A DNA stretch of 9,660 nt from a virus (IMGVR_UViG_2706794688_000013); one strand, 5' to 3'. Counted from the stretch's first letter, positions 1 to 7,610 are shown. Translations and numbers: made by a program. Notes: a model not told the origin generated them from the letters alone.

Positions 1-90
1 GAACAGGAGGGACAGCTGATAGAAACAGAAGCCACTGGAGCACCTCAAAAACACCATCATACACTAAATCAGTAAGTTGGCAGCATCACC
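1..90 (-). mobile_element. IS1 left end (terminal inverted repeat plus the first codons of insA), truncated by the window edge
   Basis: The reverse complement of 1..90 reads GGTGATGCTGCCAACTTACTGATTTAGTGTATGATGGTG...GCTTCTGTTTCTATCAGCTGTCCCTCCTGTTC, which I recognise from memory as the IS1 left terminus running into insA (MASVSISCPSCS...). The element boundary is at position 90; unrelated sequence starts at 91. Confidence 0.85.
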
Positions 91-242
91 CCGCCACAGA
101 ACAATTATTGCTTTTGCCGTTGATGACAATAAAGTTTTTATCGCAGGCGTATACCACGGTGGGCAAATCTATGAAACCGATTTTTTATCCAGTGCACCGT
201 AAAACCCCCATCCTTCAGGGCGTGGCGGATATCAAACTTTGG

Positions 243-1325
243 TCATTTTCTCTGGCTGATCTTTACCGGATAACCATCCCGAAGATCAATTAAGTGCTCC
301 GGTTCAGAAGCAAACCATGCATAAGATCCCCACGCCAATTCTGGTATTGCCTTTTTAAAAGGCAGAGCACTTCTGTCCATAAATGCCGTAAGGAATGCAA
401 GATTTTTCTCGCTGAACCCAGCGTCAATAGCCAAATGAGTGAGAGTAACTTTTCGTTCCCTGTTTATAGGCCCATCTGTCGCAACTACTTCAGTGAAAAC
501 TACAAGCATGTCCGAACCCGTTCGGTCCTCTCCCAAATCAATCAAAATAATATCTGGAAGTGCTTTTGAGGCATCAATATTCAGCCCCAATGCTTTTGCC
601 AATACATCATCCTGAGCAACAACTTTATTCCCGGATTCAGACAACCAGAGCACAGTTGGATTCTTAAGAAAATTAGGAGCAAAAACTTCGATGACGGCCT
701 TAGCTATTGTACTTGACGGGCCCGGAGCTAAAGTTCTCTTCTCTCCATTTGGGAAAGTGACGACTACGGCATCAGCAGCAATCACTGCCCCTGATTTCAA
801 TAAACGCAACCTAGCAAGAGCGGCTTTGTTCAAATGATTTTCTTGCCAGGAACTTATTGCACTCAGCAGCGAATCTCCTTCAAGCCCGGCATCAAAGAGT
901 GCTGCAAAAGAGCGATTCAAACTGTAACGAGGACGAGAGGATGTGGTGGGTATACCTTTACGCTCAACAATTGCATTGCAAGGTATTAGGCCATTTTTTA
1001 TAGTTTCATCACGTATTGGCTCACGCGTATTTTCCGCATACCATGCATCAGCAGGCCTTATCTTTTGTTTAGAGAAAGTCATCTTTACCCAGCTTTCTCT
1101 GGACGCATCATCAGTAAGAGCAGCCTGCGAATCTCCCATACTTACAACCTGGCTGGGCCTTATCCATCGCCCCAGCCCCTCAACCGCACCAGCATAAAAC
1201 ATGACAAAAATTGTTTTTGCAGCTATTTCCCGAATTAAATATCCACGATTCTCAGTCCCTTCAGGGAAAATTAATTGTAATCTTTCCCGGATAACATTCA
1301 ATGGGGGAACAACAGGCAGATTCAT
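243..1325 (-). CDS. Putative Type II restriction endonuclease (BsuBI/PstI-like, tentative)
   Basis: 360-aa ORF whose ATG (1325..1323) overlaps the TGA of the upstream methyltransferase in an ATGA arrangement, indicating translational coupling. Stop TGA at 245..243. The family assignment rests on operon context and my recollection of BsuBI/PstI-family sequences; no catalytic motif was verified. Confidence 0.55.
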   Translation of the reverse strand: MNLPVVPPLNVIRERLQLIFPEGTENRGYLIREIAAKTIFVMFYAGAVEGLGRWIRPSQVVSMGDSQAALTDDASRESWVKMTFSKQKIRPADAWYAENTREPIRDETIKNGLIPCNAIVERKGIPTTSSRPRYSLNRSFAALFDAGLEGDSLLSAISSWQENHLNKAALARLRLLKSGAVIAADAVVVTFPNGEKRTLAPGPSSTIAKAVIEVFAPNFLKNPTVLWLSESGNKVVAQDDVLAKALGLNIDASKALPDIILIDLGEDRTGSDMLVVFTEVVATDGPINRERKVTLTHLAIDAGFSEKNLAFLTAFMDRSALPFKKAIPELAWGSYAWFASEPEHLIDLRDGYPVKISQRK

Positions 1326-3154
1326 GCAATCATCACTCCATAGAAACCAGCGATAGTTCTCTCAATAATCCGTCTGTGGACGCCAGCATCAATTAACGAT
1401 TGAATCTCCATCACCTGCTCCAGAGAAGGCAACGGGATTGAATTCAATTCATAGGCCGAAACAGCAACACTTCCGCTTATACACCTGAACGCCCGATCGA
1501 CAACATGCGAATTAAGTAGCATATCAATAACATCAGGGCGAACCGCAGAGAACAATCCGTTTGAATATACAATATTAATATGGTTTTCAACTACTACGCC
1601 ACCAGTTTCATCTATAAATCCCTGAGGTAAAATTGCCGCTAAAATCCTTCTGTCCTGTTCCTTCGATGTTGTCCGCTGAACAAGCACACATTCAGATTTT
1701 GTCACAAGGAAACCCTGTTGTGGGGTTATATCGATATAGGGAACATGATTTTTTCTGTCTGCACTAAAACGAAAACCAGCTGAAGTTATTGATTCCGCCC
1801 AGACTAATGGGTAGCTATTTTTTCCTTTCGTCGTACGCAACTGCGACTTAAATCGATTCCAGACTAACTGACCTGTAGAGACTGAGTATCCCAGATCAGC
1901 TAAACGCGTAGACATCTGTTTTAATACATTAAGAAAACAGGCATCATCTTTAACGCGTGGCAAAAGCCACGTTGCTCCACCTTTTTCTATATCAACATTA
2001 CCTATTTTCTCAATTTTTGCTTTGTTCAACCCCTTAGGGACAAGTGAGGATACCTGGGCCCGAACTTTATGTTCTCCCGCCTTGAATGCTGTCAACATTG
2101 TTTCCTGGAGAACATCGTCAAAGACCCCATCCCTGTCAGTGACGAAATCAAGGGCATACGGAGTAGTTTTTTCGGTCAAAAGGGTTCGCAGCGCGGTGAA
2201 ATACTGCCCACCAAGAAAAGAAGTTGGCGTAAGAAATGCAATAACTCCTGTTTTCTCTTTAACCATGCGAACAGCTAAGTCGGTGAACAATCCATATAGA
2301 TTTGCATGACCAAATAACGAACGAGAATATTTTTCTCTCGTTTTAATATCGAGAGTGACACGTCCGTAAGGCGGATTCCCTACCACAAGATCATAACCAG
2401 AAAATTTATCTTGCTGAAGCGCATCAGCAACAATAATTGTATCTTCAGGCAATCTACGTTTTACCTTTACACATAGTGGCATTAGTACAGATTCGAGCAA
2501 TACCAAACTCATCCAAGCCGCAAATGGATCGATCTCTATCCCCTTTAAACGACGACTGATTCTCCTCAACATCCATTCAGGGGAAGACCCCTTGTCTTTT
2601 TTTAACATTCGAATGGCTACTGGTGCCAAAAATGCACCGCCACCACACGCAGGATCAATAACCGATGCATGAGAAAAATCAACACCAGACTTTTCAGCCA
2701 GGTCCAAGAGACGCGCTACCAAAGGTGGGGGGGTATAGTAAGCCCCCAATTCCGAACGGTAAGCGGATGGCAGCATTACCGTATAAATTGACCCAATCAG
2801 ATATCCAGCGTCCTCCGCCGGAAATTGAGCAATAAGCTCACCTGTTCGTTCAGCGAGCTCGCGTGCATCACATGGAATGTCTTCTATGTAAACAGTGTGC
2901 GGTACTGCCCTCATTTTAATGCTGCTTTTTTGCTTTTTTGCAAGGGTATCCCAATATGCAGCTACGATGCTGAAGCAGTATGAGCGGGCATGCATCAACC
3001 TTGACTGCCCGGTTTTGTAATTGCCCGCATAACCTTTGGCCATGGCTTTACAAGTTTGATATCTTTCCAGATTAGAAAACTCATTATCTGTAAAAAAATC
3101 AAAATGTTGCACATTCATAATGTAAAATCCTAATGTATCAAACATGCGGGCCAT
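1322..3154 (-). CDS. N6-adenine DNA methyltransferase (gamma-class amino-methyltransferase)
   Basis: 610-aa ORF with motif order X (ELGAYYTPPPLV), I (VIDPACGGGAFLAP, the AdoMet-binding loop) and IV (VVGNPPYGRV, the NPPY catalytic motif), followed by a long C-terminal region consistent with a target-recognition domain. The start could be 3154, 3145 or 3118; the ATG at 3118 has the best Shine-Dalgarno (TAGGAT). Confidence 0.85.
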   Translation of the reverse strand: MARMFDTLGFYIMNVQHFDFFTDNEFSNLERYQTCKAMAKGYAGNYKTGQSRLMHARSYCFSIVAAYWDTLAKKQKSSIKMRAVPHTVYIEDIPCDARELAERTGELIAQFPAEDAGYLIGSIYTVMLPSAYRSELGAYYTPPPLVARLLDLAEKSGVDFSHASVIDPACGGGAFLAPVAIRMLKKDKGSSPEWMLRRISRRLKGIEIDPFAAWMSLVLLESVLMPLCVKVKRRLPEDTIIVADALQQDKFSGYDLVVGNPPYGRVTLDIKTREKYSRSLFGHANLYGLFTDLAVRMVKEKTGVIAFLTPTSFLGGQYFTALRTLLTEKTTPYALDFVTDRDGVFDDVLQETMLTAFKAGEHKVRAQVSSLVPKGLNKAKIEKIGNVDIEKGGATWLLPRVKDDACFLNVLKQMSTRLADLGYSVSTGQLVWNRFKSQLRTTKGKNSYPLVWAESITSAGFRFSADRKNHVPYIDITPQQGFLVTKSECVLVQRTTSKEQDRRILAAILPQGFIDETGGVVVENHINIVYSNGLFSAVRPDVIDMLLNSHVVDRAFRCISGSVAVSAYELNSIPLPSLEQVMEIQSLIDAGVHRRIIERTIAGFYGVMIA

Positions 3155-3368
3155 AACATCTCATGGTGGCGCATAGCAAACTGGCCCGAAGAATATCACG
3201 CACCAAGTCGATCTCATAACCCGTTATGACAATAAATCTTTGTAGCTGAACTCACTTGGTGATTTGTCAATCATTCCTGGCCTCCAGTTCGTCCTGAATC
3301 TCTTTATCGAGTTCACCGTATTTGTTAGTCCTCATCACTCACGACTTGACTTCCAGAAATAACCTTGA

Positions 3369-3725
3369 TTATTCGGGGCTATATTTTGTCACCCTGCGTA
3401 TCCGCGCTTTCGCATTACGCTCAATCTGGATTAGCTTTTCTATATTTTTTCGCCTTTCCCGCTCCTCCTGGCGCAAGAGCCTTACATCATCTGCCAGTCT
3501 GGTTTCTCTTTTCGCCACAGAGAGCATCCAGTCAAATGGCTCCACAACTGCACCGCAAATTTTACAGCGGACCTGACGCTCTTTTTCGTCAACCCGGACA
3601 GAAGCGTGATGGCAATATGGTCTTTCCGATGGCTCATAAAGAAAATTAACCTGATTACGAGGGTTATCCTCTTTTACCGGAAATAAAACAATATTGCTTA
3701 ACTCATCTTCTGGTTTTATTTCCAT
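3369..3725 (-). CDS. Hypothetical phage protein with a Cys/His cluster (zinc-ribbon-like) and a charged C-terminal helix
   Basis: The ORF track starts at a GTG at 3782. The ATG at 3725 is preferred because it is preceded by AAAGGAGAGGAGC. Contains YCHH...x16...CKIC followed by an Arg/Glu-rich segment. Function unknown. Confidence 0.5.
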   Translation of the reverse strand: MEIKPEDELSNIVLFPVKEDNPRNQVNFLYEPSERPYCHHASVRVDEKERQVRCKICGAVVEPFDWMLSVAKRETRLADDVRLLRQEERERRKNIEKLIQIERNAKARIRRVTKYSPE

Positions 3726-3782
3726 GCTCCTCTCCTTTGATGCGAATGCCAGCGGTAATTGAAGCCTGATAGCTAATTTCAC

Positions 3783-4205
3783 TCACAGTACCGCCTCCTG
3801 AAAATCACCCTGATAGAAAGCCGGTACACGCTGCATAACTTCACTCTTCCGGCACTCGCGACAGATTATGTTCTGATGTCTGTCGTAGCGGCGTATTTCT
3901 CCGTCCGGTAATGACCAGATAAGGTCCGGATCAACCACAGATGGTTTCTTCAGCTTTGCCCTCGAGAGTTTTTTGCGGGCGTTTTGCCAGTCCTTACGAG
4001 CCTGTTCAGACGGGAATAACCCGTAGCCAGAGTTGTATACATCCCCACTGGCAACCAGCTCTCTGGCGAGAACGCTTATTAAATATCTTGTCGCCCCGGT
4101 TTTAGCTTCCAGTTGTCGTAACGTCTCGCGCCCACTCTGGCGTACGAGTTCAACAACCTGCCCCTTAATTTTTTCCCGCTCTTCCTGTGTAAATACTTTT
4201 GCCAT
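3783..4205 (-). CDS. Hypothetical phage protein
   Basis: The ORF track starts at a TTG at 4220. The ATG at 4205 is preferred (upstream CGGGGGCGCTT; 15-nt gap after the stop of the upstream gene). Has a C-terminal CRECRK motif. Same strand and tightly packed with its neighbours. Confidence 0.5.
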   Translation of the reverse strand: MAKVFTQEEREKIKGQVVELVRQSGRETLRQLEAKTGATRYLISVLARELVASGDVYNSGYGLFPSEQARKDWQNARKKLSRAKLKKPSVVDPDLIWSLPDGEIRRYDRHQNIICRECRKSEVMQRVPAFYQGDFQEAVL

Positions 4206-4220
4206 AAGCGCCCCCGGCAA

Positions 4221-4946
4221 TCACTTTTCCGACACAATACGACCGGAGGAATCGACAATCTGTCGAACAATATCCCGGTGCTTGTTCAGCTCCCGCAACG
4301 CGGCGCAGACACGCTCCCACTTCTGGACATGACTTTTCGCCCGACGCAGTTCGCGGTTTGCCATATGCAGCGATGGTAAAACCAGGTCATCCGCTTGCGT
4401 TTCGGTGAACGATGGCAACGACTGCACAATGTCCGCCACAGTTTCTGTTTTAATTTCTTCCTGTGTTGCAGCTTCCTGTACCGGTAACGCAACACCTGCT
4501 GGCTGAGGAAAGACTTTACCATCCGTTTCCGCTATGGATGCGGCTTTCGGCTCTGCCGGTAAATCAGCGCCCGGTATGCAGTACCGAAATTTACCGCCCT
4601 GATTCACGCGAATCAGACGCCCTTTGCTGATTGCCATGGCCAGCGATGAATTCGCCCGGCGGGAGGTAATCCCGAACATCAGTGCCAGCTCATCCGCCGT
4701 TTGTGGGCCATGTTGTTCAATCGCCTCAGTCAGCATTTGCGCTGTCACTTTCGGTACCGGTGACACTGGTTCACTTTCACCAGCCTGAATCAGCCACCAC
4801 ATCGAACCCTTGTTATCCGCTTCACCACGGCGCTTCAGTTTCCACAGTTCGTTGACCGCATCTTCACGGCTGATTCCAAGGCGGGACGCCACCACATGTG
4901 AAGAGGCTCTTTTCAGTGCTTTCAGTGCGTCAAATACAGTTTCCAT
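4221..4946 (-). CDS. Hypothetical phage protein with two winged-helix-like segments
   Basis: ATG at 4946 is preceded by GGAGGA with a 7-nt spacer; the ORF track's TTG start at 4964 is less likely. Two similar segments ([25 protein letters not shown] and [27 protein letters not shown]) suggest a tandem HTH or winged-helix fold. Lies immediately downstream of the DnaC-like gene (stop 4968..4970). Confidence 0.55.
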   Translation of the reverse strand: METVFDALKALKRASSHVVASRLGISREDAVNELWKLKRRGEADNKGSMWWLIQAGESEPVSPVPKVTAQMLTEAIEQHGPQTADELALMFGITSRRANSSLAMAISKGRLIRVNQGGKFRYCIPGADLPAEPKAASIAETDGKVFPQPAGVALPVQEAATQEEIKTETVADIVQSLPSFTETQADDLVLPSLHMANRELRRAKSHVQKWERVCAALRELNKHRDIVRQIVDSSGRIVSEK

Positions 4947-4967
4947 TAAAACATCCTCCAACAAAAA

Positions 4968-5479
4968 TTACTTCACAACTCCCGGAAAGCTGACATTTGA
5001 ACGCCAGCTATCCCAGTTAAACGTCACCCACCGACAACCGTTCATGGTCATGCGGTCCATAATCCTCTCACCAAGAAGCGTGCTCATTGCGGCATGATTC
5101 AGGTTTGTTAACATCCCGACACTGCACAGTGATGCTGTCCGGCGATCAATTATCTGGTGCAATACCACCTGCTCGTTTTTCGTCTCCCGCTGAATGCCTA
5201 TTTCATCCAGGACCAGCAAATCAACCCCGCAAAGCTCCTGTAAAAATTTTTCACCGGATTTGCCGTTGTCGTAGCTGTCATGCAACACGCTCATGACATC
5301 AGACTCGGTGACGATAATCACGCTGCGCCCCTTCGCCATCAGCCGGTTACCCATCGCCGCTGCAAGGTGATTTTTCCCGGTGCCGGTTTTACCGCTGAAC
5401 ACAAAATTCGTGCACCCGGTCATCAGTTCGTCAGCTATGGATTTGGCCTGGCTCAGCGCGTATTTTTGCCCGTCGTTCT
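4968..5479 (-). CDS. DnaC-like helicase loader (AAA+ ATPase); 5' end lost in the N gap
   Basis: Walker A FSGKTGTGKNHLAAA and Walker B LLVLDEIG motifs in the expected order and spacing for DnaC/IstB-type loaders. Only the C-terminal part is visible; the N-terminal part lies within or beyond the N run. Confidence 0.85.
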
Positions 5480-5732
5480 NNNNNNNNNNNNNNNNNNNNN
5501 NNNNNNNNNNNNNNNNNNNNNNNNNNNNNNNNNNNNNNNNNNNNNNNNNNNNNNNNNNNNNNNNNNNNNNNNNNNNNNNNNNNNNNNNNNNNNNNNNNNN
5601 NNNNNNNNNNNNNNNNNNNNNNNNNNNNNNNNNNNNNNNNNNNNNNNNNNNNNNNNNNNNNNNNNNNNNNNNNNNNNNNNNNNNNNNNNNNNNNNNNNNN
5701 NNNNNNNNNNNNNNNNNNNNNNNNNNNNNNNN
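5480..5732. other. Assembly gap (253 N)
   Basis: Uninterrupted run of n. The X-containing ORFs reported across it are reading artefacts. Confidence 0.99.
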
Positions 5733-6742
5733 CAACGCTGGTTGTTCGTGCCGCTTACCGGGAGCAACCAGGGGTTTTCAAAATTCCGGTCCGGCCCAAA
5801 AAACGTCGTCGCTCGCTGAACAAATTCCGTTCCCGCTTTCCCGGTCGCCGCCAGGTATCTCGCGTAACGCCTCACACCATCCAGCATGGTCTCTGGTGGC
5901 ACCCCCTCGCGCAATCTGGCCTTCCAGGCACTGAATGCGGATTTCTTCGGGTTTGCCCCGGCACGCAACGGGTATTCCCGCCAGACCTGTTCGAACACAT
6001 CCGGATAATCCACTCGTCCCACAGGCTGCCCGGTGTTTTCCGGGGCTACCCGATCGGCTTCCCGCTGAATGGCGGAATCGGCTTCAGGCTGCTGCAGTTG
6101 GAGTGATTGCTCCGGCCTTGCGGTCATCACCTGCTGCACAGCGCCCGAATCGGCTTTCAGCGCATACGCTGAATCGGCTTCCGGTGTCGAGCCTGCTGGC
6201 TGACCAGGATTGACGGTCTGAACATCCCCTGCCTGGTTCGTGGCGTTTTTTACGCCATGGACCATAGTGTTTTGATCTTCTTTATCTGTATCTTTATCTG
6301 TATCTGTCGTGACTCGTCGTGACATGTGCGTGACATTTCGTGACGCGCCGTGACAATCGCCATTTTGTTCCCGCTTTCTTTCCCTCTCTCGCTGCGCCCT
6401 CTTGCGCTCTGCAGGAGATTTTGCGGTTTGCGAAATATTGCCGTTGTCCTCTTTAAGCACCTGGCGTTTTTCCCATCCAGTGATTAAATCACCATCAAGT
6501 ACCCGCCCCTGCATCGTCTGCAAAATTGAATCAATTACCTCTTCTGTCACGTCGAGCGCACTTGCCAAATCTTCTGTCGTGACATCAATGTGACCTCGCG
6601 TGACATTTCGTGACGCGCTCACCAGGAGGTGGATATACACTGCCATCACTGTTGCAATTGGCTGCCCTGACACCCTGGCAATTGTTCGCCACTTAGGGTC
6701 ATTTGGCATGTCATGCCATAATCTGAGCCAGGCGTTAGCCAT
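5733..6742 (-). CDS. Phage replication initiator / replisome organiser (lambda O-like); 3' end lost in the N gap
   Basis: ATG at 6742 is preceded by GAGGTGA. The C-terminal visible part has the W..YP.....K..A...W motif (VWREYPLRAGANPKKSAFSAWKARL) that I associate with phage replication proteins. The gene contains the iteron arrays. Gene order (Cro-like, YdaT-like, this gene, DnaC-like) matches Rac-type early-right operons. Confidence 0.7.
6280..6303. repeat. Perfect 12-bp tandem duplication (CTTTATCTGTAT x2) in an AT-rich stretch
   Basis: Read directly: 6280..6291 equals 6292..6303. It lies inside the O-like gene, where it encodes a TDKDTDKED repeat, immediately next to iteron cluster 1. Confidence 0.8.
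6308..6354. repeat. Iteron cluster 1: five CGTGAC hexamers phased at 10-11 bp
   Basis: CGTGAC at 6308, 6318, 6329, 6339 and 6349, about one per helical turn. Confidence 0.65.
6578..6614. repeat. Iteron cluster 2: four (C/T)GTGAC hexamers phased at 10-11 bp
   Basis: Hexamers at 6578, 6589, 6599 and 6609, plus an inverted copy GTCACG at 6546..6551. A 21-bp stretch (6598..6618) is identical to 6328..6348 in cluster 1. Confidence 0.65.
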
Positions 6743-6813
6743 ACTCACCTCTTCTGATACCGAATCTTTTTACTCACGAGTTGCCGGGAGCGATTCGATA
6801 TGGCTATTGTCAG

Positions 6814-7239
6814 TCAATGTACTGCCACAGCATTTCCTGCCGGGCCACCACGGTTCATCTGATTGAAACCGGCGATTGCCACTGCGACAAAATCATCAGC
6901 GTCTCTCACCAGTCGTTCATGCGTCTCCACCAGTTCCCGAAAATAAGCTGAACTGTGGCTGCGCATTCGAGCCACCAGCGGAGGTGGCATTGCCCTTTCG
7001 ATCGCAGGTAACAACGCCTGAATTTTTTCAACAGCGTCAGGGGTGTCTTTATCCAGCCAACGGAAAATCTTTTGGGTGTTGAGATAAAGCGTGTTGTGCT
7101 TGCTGTCGTTATGCAGAACCGGAAACGTCATTCCCAGTTCGAAATAAACCCTGGTTATTTCAGCTGCCGGAACTTTTTCACCGTCCGGATGCGCCCAGGC
7201 TTTCATCGCCATGCGGATGTGTTCATGCTTGATTTTCAT
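6814..7239 (-). CDS. YdaT-like protein (Rac-prophage family; proposed CII-like regulator)
   Basis: 141 aa beginning MKIKHEHI, which I recall as the N-terminus of E. coli Rac YdaT. Its ATG (7239..7237) overlaps the TGA of the upstream Cro-like gene (ATGA), and GGGGG lies upstream. Confidence 0.65.
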   Translation of the reverse strand: MKIKHEHIRMAMKAWAHPDGEKVPAAEITRVYFELGMTFPVLHNDSKHNTLYLNTQKIFRWLDKDTPDAVEKIQALLPAIERAMPPPLVARMRSHSSAYFRELVETHERLVRDADDFVAVAIAGFNQMNRGGPAGNAVAVH

Positions 7240-7499
7240 GAATCAACCCCCGCCGATGGTTGTGTGTTAGCCTGAAACTCAGCAGGCAAGCCGTCAGTTG
7301 GGTTGGGGTAGGTTTTACTGTCAATCTCATGTGGGGTCACCACCCATCCCGTTGCTTCACACCAACGTAATATTTTTTCTCCTGTAAGTTTTGCACGCCC
7401 CGTTATAACGTGGCTGACCATCCCTTGGGATGCGCCAACAATCTCAGCAAATGAACTCTGGGTTATATGAAAATGATGCAAATATTCTCCAAGATTCAT
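7236..7499 (-). CDS. Cro/YdaS-like HTH regulator
   Basis: ATG at 7499 is preferred over the ORF track's TTG at 7526. HTH-like segment QSSFAEIVGASQGMVSHVITGRAKLTGEKI. Transcribed divergently from the repressor gene and first in the replication operon. Confidence 0.6.
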   Translation of the reverse strand: MNLGEYLHHFHITQSSFAEIVGASQGMVSHVITGRAKLTGEKILRWCEATGWVVTPHEIDSKTYPNPTDGLPAEFQANTQPSAGVDS

Positions 7500-7535
7500 A
7501 ATCCGCCCTATGTGATGTGTTACCAATGCATAATT

Positions 7536-7575
7536 AATAGCACTGTTATTTTTAAAAGTAAATAGTGATACTATT
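7536..7575. promoter_or_regulatory. Two operator-like 15-bp palindromes in the divergent promoter region
   Basis: 7536..7550 AATAGCactGTTATT and 7561..7575 AATAGTgatACTATT, 25 bp centre to centre. On the minus strand a TTTACT-17-TATTAA promoter-like pair (plus coordinates 7557..7562 and 7534..7539) overlaps them, so repressor binding would occlude the Cro-like promoter. Confidence 0.45.
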
Positions 7576-7610
7576 TCAAAGTGATTAGCAATCTTATTAG
7601 AATTGGATGT

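Noticed and set aside
108-293. 61-aa plus-strand ORF between IS1 and the endonuclease gene
   Set aside because: It starts at a TTG, overlaps the endonuclease 3' end, and is in a different frame from the more protein-like fragment reported in the findings. Probably not a gene.
2724-2733. G7 homopolymer (C7 on the coding strand) inside methyltransferase motif X, and two A6 tracts at 2926..2940, considered as phase-variation switches
   Set aside because: The tracts are short (7 nt or less) and arise naturally from Pro-Pro-Pro and Lys codons. Phase variation of a Type II methyltransferase with an active endonuclease would be lethal. No evidence of variability.
5280-5934. ORFs 5280..5819 and 5380..5934, and the X-containing extensions of the 4968..5735 and 5453..6748 ORFs
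   Set aside because: They read through the run of N; the X residues are not sequence, so these boundaries are artefacts.
6280-6620. Considered whether the short phased repeats could be a CRISPR array
   Set aside because: The repeat unit is only 6 bp with 4-5-bp intervals, there are no spacers of 25 bp or more, it lies inside a coding sequence, and no cas genes are present. Iterons are the better explanation.
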